Sequence record: SRR20825019_608
Reading direction: 5' to 3' (one strand)
DNA length: 36,286 bases
Shown here: one piece after another, positions 29,279-36,286 of the stretch
Numbering within the stretch: position 1 is the first letter of the stretch
Layout: each line of letters begins with the position of its first letter
The notes under the pieces: generated by a model
The model's input: the letters and a program-made list of their open reading frames with translations, nothing else
Told to the model about the DNA's origin: nothing
The model's database searches: none
Position numbers and translations under genes: made by a program

Positions 29279-31204
29279 ATGAAAGCAGCGCTACAATCAA
29301 TACGGTATGAACCAGCCGGAAGGTTCGAAGCCACCAGATATGAAAAAGTCCATAATGTTATCTTTCAAGATTCCAAGCAAGGGTCGTTGCAGGTGGCCAG
29401 GGAAATCGCAAGTTTGATACGTGAAAGGGCTGACAAGGGACAAAAATGTGTTCTTGGGTTGGCCACGGGATCCTCCCCGATCAGGGTCTACGAGGAATTG
29501 GTGCGTATGCATCGGGAAGAGGGACTCAGTTTTAAGAACGTGGTCACCTTTAATCTTGATGAATATCATCCAATGGATCGTAGCAATATCCAGAGCTACC
29601 ATTATTTTATGCACCAGCACTTGTTCGACCATGTGGACATTGCTGCCGAAAACGTACATATACCGGATGGCAGGATCTCCTTACAGGATGTACAGGAATA
29701 TTGTAAGAAATATGAGGGTATGATCGAACAAGCAGGTGGCTTGGACTTCCAATTGTTGGGCATTGGCAGGACCGGACATATCGGTTTCAATGAACCGGGC
29801 TCGCATTATAACTCCGCCACTAGGGAAATTACATTGGATTATGTTACCCGCATTGATGCTTCGTCTGCTTTCAAGGGACTGGAGAACGTCCCCCGTAAGG
29901 CCATAACCATGGGCATCGGAACCATTAAAAGGGCAAAGCGCATCGTATTGTTGGCATGGGGTCAGAACAAGGCCCCGGTCATCCGTGAGACCATTGAGGG
30001 CGATATCAGTTCGGAAGTTCCTGCCACTTATTTACAGGAACATGCCAACACCACTTTTGTCCTTGATAAAGAGGCAGCTTCACTATTAACACGGATAGAT
30101 ACCCCTTGGTTGGTACAGAGCTGTGATTGGACCCATGACCTGACGCACAAGGCGGTGGTCTGGTTGAGCCAGAAGAGGGGCAAGCCTATTTTACAATTGA
30201 CCGATAAGGACTATAACGATATGGGAATGTCCGACCTTTTGAGTTCGGAGCAATCTTCCTATGAAATCAACATAAAGATTTTTAACCGTTTACAACATAC
30301 CATCACAGGCTGGCCCGGAGGGAAGCCCGATGCCGACGATACCAATCGTCCCGAACGTGCAGAACCTAGAGCCAAAAGGGTCATTATCTTCTCACCGCAT
30401 CCTGACGATGATGTTATATCGATGGGAGGGACCTTCGATAGGTTGGTCACCCAGGGTCATGAGGTCCATGTTGTATACCAAACATCGGGCAATATTGCGG
30501 TTGCTGATCACGAGGCTATCAAAGCGGCTGAAGTGGCCAATAGCATAGGGCCGGCCGAAATATTTGATACGGTGATACGGGAGATTCGGGAAAAAACCGA
30601 AGGTGATTTCGATTCTAAGCTCGTACGAAGGCTCAAAGGAAATATAAGAAGGGCGGAAAGTATCGCGGCCACGCGGTATCTAGGCATACCGGATGACCAG
30701 GTACATTTTTTGGACCTGCCCTTTTATGAAACAGGATCCATAAAGAAGAAACCGTTGGCAGAAGAGGATATCGTCATAATGAACAATATCATTCAGAAAG
30801 TGAAGCCCCACCAGATTTATGCCGCTGGTGACTTGGCCGATCCACATGGTACCCATAGGGTATGTCTGGAGGCGCTGTTCGCCTCCTTGGAGTCCCTTAA
30901 ATCGGAAGAATACATGAAGAACTGCTGGGTTTGGCTCTACCGAGGGGCATGGCACGAGTGGGAGACCCATGAGATTGAAATGGCAGTGCCCATGAGCCCT
31001 GCACAGGTTCTTAGAAAGCGAAAGGCCATATTCTTTCATCAGACCCAAAAGGACGGGGTGATGTTCCAAGGAGAAGATTTACGCGAGTTTTGGGTAAGGG
31101 CGGAGGACCGGAACAAGGAAACGGCAGAAAAATACCAATCCTTGGGACTTGCCAGTTATGCGGCCATGGAGGCTTTCGTCAGATATGATTTTTTTAAAGC
31201 GTAA
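29279..31204 (+). CDS. nagB: Glucosamine-6-phosphate deaminase fused to a C-terminal PIG-L/LmbE-like deacetylase domain
   Basis: LGLATGSSP, TFNLDEY and LGIGRTGHIGFNEPG, then FSPHPDDDVISMGG and DPHGTH. ATG at 29279. Confidence 0.95.
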   Translation: MKAALQSIRYEPAGRFEATRYEKVHNVIFQDSKQGSLQVAREIASLIRERADKGQKCVLGLATGSSPIRVYEELVRMHREEGLSFKNVVTFNLDEYHPMDRSNIQSYHYFMHQHLFDHVDIAAENVHIPDGRISLQDVQEYCKKYEGMIEQAGGLDFQLLGIGRTGHIGFNEPGSHYNSATREITLDYVTRIDASSAFKGLENVPRKAITMGIGTIKRAKRIVLLAWGQNKAPVIRETIEGDISSEVPATYLQEHANTTFVLDKEAASLLTRIDTPWLVQSCDWTHDLTHKAVVWLSQKRGKPILQLTDKDYNDMGMSDLLSSEQSSYEINIKIFNRLQHTITGWPGGKPDADDTNRPERAEPRAKRVIIFSPHPDDDVISMGGTFDRLVTQGHEVHVVYQTSGNIAVADHEAIKAAEVANSIGPAEIFDTVIREIREKTEGDFDSKLVRRLKGNIRRAESIAATRYLGIPDDQVHFLDLPFYETGSIKKKPLAEEDIVIMNNIIQKVKPHQIYAAGDLADPHGTHRVCLEALFASLESLKSEEYMKNCWVWLYRGAWHEWETHEIEMAVPMSPAQVLRKRKAIFFHQTQKDGVMFQGEDLREFWVRAEDRNKETAEKYQSLGLASYAAMEAFVRYDFFKA

Positions 31205-31213
31205 AATTTTGAT

Positions 31214-32044
31214 ATGGTATTGATTGCTGATAGCGGTTCGACCAAATGTGATTGGCAAGTTTATGATACGACTGGCTCCATGATGTTTCAAAAAAGGACA
31301 ATCGGAATCAATCCAATTATTCATTCAGACGGTGATATTTGCTCAGTTTTACAAGAGTTGAAAAATGATATGCCCAATGAGATTTCACAAATTGAATTTT
31401 ACTGTGCCGGTGGTAAAAATGCGGAGTCAAAGCAAAGATTGATTCAAATTTTTGGTCAATTTTTTAAACAGGCTCAGGTGAAGATAGAGGATGATCTGGG
31501 AATGGCCGTGAAATGTACCAAAGGTTTACCAGGAGTGGTATGTATTTTGGGTACTGGAGCAAACAGTTGTTTTTTTGACGGAGCTAAGGTTCATAAACGG
31601 TTGCCGGACCTAGGGTATCAGATAATGGATCTGGGCAGCGGGAACTACTATGGGAGGGAATTGTTACGGAGTTATGCCTATGGCTATATGCCTGTAGATC
31701 TAAGAAAAAGCTTTGAGAAAAGGTATGATCTTGAGGACAGGGGCATTCTGAGGGAACTCTATCACGGGGAGAACCCAAGTTCCTATCTTGCCAGTTTTGC
31801 CAAGTTCATGATAGAGAACAACAAACATCCGTTTATGCTCTCTTTGATCAGGGAAGGGGTGGAAAAGGTCTTTACCCATGTTTTGGGACCCTACCAGTTT
31901 GAAATGAAACGGCATCCGATCTACTTTGTGGGTTCCATTGCTTTTTATCTACAAAACGCTATCCAGAACAAAGCAGAAGCGCATAATTTTAATAGGATTC
32001 ACTTTATTGGTAAACCACTGGAATATTTATCAGTGGTATCATAG
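31214..32044 (+). CDS. N-acetylglucosamine kinase-like protein (BadF/BadG/BcrA/BcrD ATPase family)
   Basis: LIADSGSTKCDW, CILGTGANSC, LGYQIMDLGSGNYYG and FVGSIA. Follows nagB. Confidence 0.88.
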   Translation: MVLIADSGSTKCDWQVYDTTGSMMFQKRTIGINPIIHSDGDICSVLQELKNDMPNEISQIEFYCAGGKNAESKQRLIQIFGQFFKQAQVKIEDDLGMAVKCTKGLPGVVCILGTGANSCFFDGAKVHKRLPDLGYQIMDLGSGNYYGRELLRSYAYGYMPVDLRKSFEKRYDLEDRGILRELYHGENPSSYLASFAKFMIENNKHPFMLSLIREGVEKVFTHVLGPYQFEMKRHPIYFVGSIAFYLQNAIQNKAEAHNFNRIHFIGKPLEYLSVVS

Positions 32045-32048
32045 GTTG

Positions 32049-32088
32049 AATAGAAAAGGGCCGTAGCTTTTGGTCCAACTGTTCTATT
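32049..32088. terminator. Imperfect hairpin between convergent units
   Basis: AATAGAAAAGGGCC...GGTCCAACTGTTCTATT immediately after the kinase stop. Confidence 0.4.
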
Positions 32089-32147
32089 AAAAGTTTTTGT
32101 TTGTTCCTTATTTGAAGTAAAGTTATACGGCAAAAAAATCACTGAAA

Positions 32148-32197
32148 GTAAATATATATGTTTACAAAAAGTCAAATACGTAAATGTTTAGGTTTAC
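32148..32197. promoter_or_regulatory. Tandem palindromic operator-like sites GTAAA-N8-TTTAC
   Basis: Copies at 32148-32165 and 32180-32197, 32 bp apart. Confidence 0.45.
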
Positions 32198-32240
32198 TTT
32201 AGGTGATGGTACTATAGAACCAGTAGGATATTGTACCGAT

Positions 32241-32342
32241 CTATGATTTTTTTCTTTTATCGATTTCCTTCAGTAAAGCCCGGATAATTCCTGAAAACAG
32301 TTGTCGCAATAAGGCAACCAAGGTCTTGAATATCTCAGTCAT
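32241..32342 (-). CDS. 33-aa amphipathic, cationic-tailed small protein coupled to the amidase
   Basis: MTEIFKTLVALLRQLFSGIIRALLKEIDKRKKS*. Its ATG overlaps the amidase stop (ATGACTGA). It is shorter than any ORF in the supplied track. Confidence 0.5.
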   Translation of the reverse strand: MTEIFKTLVALLRQLFSGIIRALLKEIDKRKKS

Positions 32343-32955
32343 GGTAGAACGTTTTGATCAGTGATTGTAATAGGGCCAGAGCGATAGCGGATCGGCCTTC
32401 CTTTTTTAGTAAGTGATCAGTTTCCAGATCATTGGAAAGGAACCCGGTTTCCAATAGGATGGAGGGACAGTGGCCAAAGGTATCCCGTAATACTTGGAGG
32501 TTCGCCTGTTTGATCCCACGGTCATGTATCCCCGGCCTACGTTGTAAATACTGGGCCAAGGTATGGGCGACAACATAGGATTTCCGGTTCACTTTCCCGT
32601 TGAACAAAAAGATCTCGAAACCTTGAGCTTTGGCATTTGGGGCCTGGTTGCAATGGATGGATACAAAGACATCAGCCTCAAGTACCTTGGCAAGAAAGGC
32701 CCGGTCACCCAATGAAATCAAGGTGTCCCTGTAACGGGTCAGATAAATTTCCAAACTATCCCGGAACAAGGTGCGGTTCAGTGCAAGACACTCCTTGGCT
32801 ATCCCCAATACCACTTCCTTTTCCATAATACCATGGGAGCCGATGGCCCCGGTGTCGGGACCCCCATGGCCAGGGTCGATGACCACAATAGGTTTTTGGG
32901 CCATCGCGATGGAAACGTAAAATAGCATTACCCAGGAGCATAGGTATATTTTCAT
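32335..32955 (-). CDS. N-acetylmuramoyl-L-alanine amidase (Amidase_3), ICE-associated
   Basis: Signal peptide, and VIDPGHGG, EKEVVL, FVSIHCN and ILLETGFLSN zinc/catalytic motifs. Divergent from the tra operon. An alternative TTG start lies at 32979. Confidence 0.93.
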   Translation of the reverse strand: MKIYLCSWVMLFYVSIAMAQKPIVVIDPGHGGPDTGAIGSHGIMEKEVVLGIAKECLALNRTLFRDSLEIYLTRYRDTLISLGDRAFLAKVLEADVFVSIHCNQAPNAKAQGFEIFLFNGKVNRKSYVVAHTLAQYLQRRPGIHDRGIKQANLQVLRDTFGHCPSILLETGFLSNDLETDHLLKKEGRSAIALALLQSLIKTFYHD

Positions 32956-33020
32956 ATCGAAACATTTTTGTTTGAACAATTTCCAGTGAACCGCTCATTT
33001 TGGTGCCAATACTTCAATAA

Positions 33021-33040
33021 TTAACACCTTCAAGTGTTAA
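33021..33040. promoter_or_regulatory. Palindrome TTAACAC-N6-GTGTTAA in the divergent amidase/tra spacer
   Basis: Perfect 7-bp inverted repeat with a 6-nt spacer between two divergent starts. Confidence 0.45.
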
Positions 33041-33182
33041 AAAATGTGATCGCTATAGCCTTTTCTCCATATCACTGGAAATTCCATATCGGAATCCAAG
33101 CTGGATAGGCAATCCATCTCCGGCAAGCATTCCAAACCACTGATCACAAACAGGTCTTGATCCGGCCAAAAAACGAACAGTC

Positions 33183-33476
33183 ATGAAAAACCTAAAAAAA
33201 TCAGTAGTACTGGGCATGGGATTATTGCTCTCCCAGACCGCCTATCCCCAAATCGGGGGCATCGAAGATTCCGTTGCGGACATTTCAGATACCATCCGGG
33301 CCATTTTTCCCATCATACTCGGGGTCATCTTCCTTATCGGCTTTCTTTTCAATGCAGGGCATTTCTTCGGGGAGAACGCCGACCTCAAAAAAGGGATTAC
33401 CCGCGTCTTGGTCTTTGTACTCATCGCAGGAGCGGTCGTGGGCATCTTTACCTATCTCATCGGCATCGTCGTCTAA
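33183..33476 (+). CDS. VirB2/TraE-like conjugative pilin-type membrane protein
   Basis: 97 aa with a signal-like N-terminus and two hydrophobic helices separated by a short charged loop. First gene before the VirB3- and VirB4-like genes. Confidence 0.75.
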   Translation: MKNLKKSVVLGMGLLLSQTAYPQIGGIEDSVADISDTIRAIFPIILGVIFLIGFLFNAGHFFGENADLKKGITRVLVFVLIAGAVVGIFTYLIGIVV

Positions 33477-33503
33477 GCCACAAAGCACATTAAATCCAAT
33501 CTT

Positions 33504-33794
33504 ATGAAACAGTACGAAGTATATAAGAACATCCGTGTTCGTGCCTTGATCTTTGGATTACCGGTCGCCTTTTTTGCCCTACAGATGATGGCCGTCGTCG
33601 GTTCGCTCATGGCGGTCATCTTTTCCTTTAATTTGGTGCTTCTTTTTTTGGCTGTCCTGGCCAATGTGGTCCTCTACGGTATGTTGCTCCGACTGGTGCA
33701 ACACCCTCGACTGCTCCAATGGGGCATACGATTTCCCCATATCGTCTCGAACAAAAAAATAACGTCCTATGGCTTCTACGATCAATTTTCATGA
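33504..33794 (+). CDS. VirB3/TraF-like conjugative membrane protein
   Basis: 96 aa, YEVYKNIR...IFGL followed by two TM segments. Overlaps the start of the VirB4-like ATPase. Confidence 0.75.
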   Translation: MKQYEVYKNIRVRALIFGLPVAFFALQMMAVVGSLMAVIFSFNLVLLFLAVLANVVLYGMLLRLVQHPRLLQWGIRFPHIVSNKKITSYGFYDQFS

Positions 33795-36195
33795 GCGCTA
33801 TCCCATCGTGGATGTGGACCGGAACAGGATCTTTGCCAATAACGGCAACATAGCCTATGCCTTTCGGGTAGTGCTGCCAGAAATCCATTCCCTATCGGAA
33901 AAGGATTTCGAGGAGCTCCATGGGCATTGGTTCCAAGCCCTGAAATCCCTGCCCGTGGGCACCTTGGTCCATAAACAGGACATCTACAGGAAAACTACAT
34001 ATGACGCCCATGAATTGCCCAACGACACATTTTTGCAACGTGCGACACGGGAACATTTTATGGGAAGGGAACACTTGACCCATGAGTCTTTGATCTTTTT
34101 TGTTTGGCCGAAGACCAGGGCCATCAACGATTCGGCCTTGGTCAATCCCTTTGCCACTATTTCAAAAAAGTTACCAGAAGCCCTAGGGGAGCAAGCGGAA
34201 GGATTCGGCAAAGCGGTAGGGGACGCCGTTACTTTTTTGAACAATGGCCCCAAGCTCATATTGGAACCGTTCAACCAGACAAAGGTCATCCAGTATACAG
34301 ATGCCTATTTCAATGGGTTCAATGAAGGTTTCGATACCGATATGGTGCTGGAAAAGGATAGGGTACAGGTGGGCAATCATTATTTTGAAGTGATGGCCGT
34401 GAACAATGAGGGCTGTTTTGGGGATGTTGTTCAGACCAGTGTGCCCAACAAACAATATGCTAAGGATGGTTTTTTGTTCCACCAAGGTTTTATCGACGGG
34501 CTTGGGCTCACTTTCCAAGGAAACCATATCGTCAACCAGATCATCCATTTGGACGATCGCCACAGATGGCGCAAACAGTTGGAGAAACGATTGGAAGAGC
34601 TCTCCAAGAGCAGCAATTTCGGCTCCCAGAACAAAGTACTGTACGATAGGGTGTCGGATACCCTCTCCAAGCTCAATCAAGATGATACCTCCCTGATCAT
34701 CCGAGGCCAATTGAACGTGGTATGCTGGTCGAAGAACGAAAAGAAGTTGGAGCAGTCGATATCAGAACTCACTGCCCGTTTCAAGGAATTGGACATACGA
34801 CCTTACTGCCCACAAGGGAAGGCCCGTATCCATTATGTGCTCAACAGTTATCCGTTGTTTTCCTCCAATTTCTCCGATACCGATCTCTATGTGACCGATT
34901 TGAAGCACGCCCTCTGTCTTTGTATCAACGCTACCAATTACCGCTGCGATAAACAAGGCATTATTTTCAATGACCGCTTGGACAACATTCCGGTAATGAA
35001 GGATGTTTGGGACGAGGAAAAACGACGTATCAAGGCCAGGAACTTTGCCATTTTCGCCCCCACGGGTGAAGGCAAATCCTTTTTGGCCAACAATATTTTG
35101 CGGCAGTATTTTGAGCAGGATGTGCGACTGGTGATCATCGATCTGGGCGGAAGCTATGCCAAGTTTGCCCAGTTGTACCCGGACCAACACATTATCCTTA
35201 AATACGAACCCGGCAAAAACCTGGGCATCAATCCTTTTTATAAGACCCCTGGCGAAGCTGTCACCGCGGAGTGGTTGGAAGATCTGACAAACTTCTTGAT
35301 AGAACTCTATGTCCCTGGCGAAAGGAGTAACAAAGCACAGGAAGTGGCCCTCAAAAAAATACTTCGTTCCTATTACGAACGGGTCAAGGAAAGGCATAGT
35401 CTGGATGGTCTATATCGGTATGTACAGGACAACCGGGACAGTCTGTTGGAGAAGCTTGGCATCGATCCCTGTTATTTCAACCTAACCAATTTTCTGCATA
35501 TCCTCTCCGAATATGTTGGTGATGGCCTTTACAGTTTTCTCTTCAAGGCAGGAGAGGACCAATCCCATCGCTTGGAGGATAAGCGTCTGATCGTCTTTGA
35601 GCTGGACGAGGTCAGGGACAACCGGGAGGTACTGTCGGTCATGCTCAAGCTCATCAAATCCGCCATACAGCGCACCATATGGCAGAACCGATCGGAGCGT
35701 GGCATCATACTCTTCGATGAATTCGCCAAACAGCTCAAGTTCGACAATGTTTTGGAGAGTGTTGAATTCTACTATCAGGCCATCCGGAAACAGAACGGGG
35801 CCATCGGCATTGTCCTGCAGTCCATCAACCAATTGCCCGAGAACCATACCTCGGCCACCATTTTAGAGAATACCCAGGTCATCTACAGTCTTCGAAATGA
35901 AAAGGGATATGGGGCACTTCGAGACCGCCTTAACCTAACTTCCCATGATTTGGACCAGCTCCGCTCCATAAAGAACGATCTCAAGGGCGAGCGCAAGTAC
36001 ACCGAAATCTTTATCAAGATCGGGTCCGAGAGCAATATCTACCGTTTGGAAGTGCCCCCTGAGGCCTATGCCGCCTATCTCACGGATGGCACCGAAAACC
36101 AAGCGATTATGGATCTGTACGAAAAGACCCATGATATGGAACATGCCATTACAGCATTCATCAATCAGAAAAAAAGACAACATGAATTCCATTAA
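33769..36195 (+). CDS. traG: TraG-family conjugative transposon ATPase (VirB4-like)
   Basis: N-terminal VVLPEIHSLSEKDFEELH...VHKQD, Walker A APTGEGKS, IIDLGGSY, Walker B ILFDEFAK, AIRKQNGAIGIVLQS and AYLTDG. Confidence 0.95.
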   Translation: MASTINFHERYPIVDVDRNRIFANNGNIAYAFRVVLPEIHSLSEKDFEELHGHWFQALKSLPVGTLVHKQDIYRKTTYDAHELPNDTFLQRATREHFMGREHLTHESLIFFVWPKTRAINDSALVNPFATISKKLPEALGEQAEGFGKAVGDAVTFLNNGPKLILEPFNQTKVIQYTDAYFNGFNEGFDTDMVLEKDRVQVGNHYFEVMAVNNEGCFGDVVQTSVPNKQYAKDGFLFHQGFIDGLGLTFQGNHIVNQIIHLDDRHRWRKQLEKRLEELSKSSNFGSQNKVLYDRVSDTLSKLNQDDTSLIIRGQLNVVCWSKNEKKLEQSISELTARFKELDIRPYCPQGKARIHYVLNSYPLFSSNFSDTDLYVTDLKHALCLCINATNYRCDKQGIIFNDRLDNIPVMKDVWDEEKRRIKARNFAIFAPTGEGKSFLANNILRQYFEQDVRLVIIDLGGSYAKFAQLYPDQHIILKYEPGKNLGINPFYKTPGEAVTAEWLEDLTNFLIELYVPGERSNKAQEVALKKILRSYYERVKERHSLDGLYRYVQDNRDSLLEKLGIDPCYFNLTNFLHILSEYVGDGLYSFLFKAGEDQSHRLEDKRLIVFELDEVRDNREVLSVMLKLIKSAIQRTIWQNRSERGIILFDEFAKQLKFDNVLESVEFYYQAIRKQNGAIGIVLQSINQLPENHTSATILENTQVIYSLRNEKGYGALRDRLNLTSHDLDQLRSIKNDLKGERKYTEIFIKIGSESNIYRLEVPPEAYAAYLTDGTENQAIMDLYEKTHDMEHAITAFINQKKRQHEFH

Positions 36196-36286
36196 AAAAC
36201 AACCCTTTCGAAAGAATGCCCTGATCACCGTATGGGTCATGGTCCTCATGTTAGTGTTGCCCGGCCGTGCTACGGCCCAGGGGATG
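36182..36286 (+). CDS. Conjugal transfer protein, N-terminal fragment (runs off the window)
   Basis: MNSIKKQPFRKNALITVWVMVLMLVLPGRATAQGM is a signal peptide ending ATA-Q. The start overlaps the traG end. Confidence 0.7.
   Translation, partial: MNSIKKQPFRKNALITVWVMVLMLVLPGRATAQGM

Larger units (their letters stand above)
32241..36286. mobile_element. Backbone segment of a Bacteroidota integrative conjugative element (amidase + start of tra operon)
   Basis: VirB2-VirB3-VirB4 gene order with a divergent peptidoglycan amidase. No integrase, relaxase or att site is visible, so the element ends are unknown. Confidence 0.8.

Noticed and set aside
16449-32044. Canonical sialic-acid (nan) or chitin utilisation cluster
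   Set aside because: No sialidase, neuraminate lyase, GH18/GH19/GH20 or GH3 is recognisable in the window.
32335-32955. Prophage endolysin interpretation of the amidase
   Set aside because: There are no phage structural or packaging genes, and the context is a conjugation operon.
34183-35847. Several minus-strand ORFs of 121-211 aa within traG
   Set aside because: Antisense shadows of the VirB4-like gene with no independent features.
1-36286. CRISPR arrays, tRNA/rRNA genes, integrase, reverse transcriptase or defence genes
   Set aside because: No regularly spaced repeats, structural-RNA signatures or matching protein motifs were seen by eye. A covariance or HMM search was not possible.

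Overview
Flavobacteriaceae-type (Bacteroidota) DNA that reads as the cargo region and the start of the transfer operon of a conjugative element (ICE). From left to right: (1) a probable IS terminus at 1-29 that cuts into a T9SS type-B-CTD surface protein, followed by its cognate PorP/SprF gene; (2) a TPR sensor kinase and NarL-family regulator pair; (3) an ECF-sigma/FecR/SusC/SusD polysaccharide-utilisation locus (PUL) in which I recognise no glycoside hydrolase. It instead carries an unknown (alpha/alpha)-barrel-like protein, an AGE-family 2-epimerase and an MFS sugar porter; (4) a LamG-TM-wHTH one-component regulator, a Tat-exported Gfo/Idh/MocA dehydrogenase, a HEAT-repeat/tandem-DUF1080 protein and an EEP phosphoesterase; (5) an SSS transporter, a NagB/PIG-L fusion and a GlcNAc kinase; (6) a reverse-strand amidase with a coupled 33-aa amphipathic peptide, then VirB2-, VirB3- and VirB4(TraG)-like genes. 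The best candidate for an undescribed system is a mobile, hydrolase-free amino-sugar glycan pathway using 3-keto (oxidation/elimination) chemistry plus C2 epimerisation. Non-coding signals include a duplicated ECF promoter driving a short upstream RNA, an antisense sRNA in front of susC, a probable CTG start for the sigma factor and several orphan operators. All calls come from reading the sequence by eye; no searches were run.
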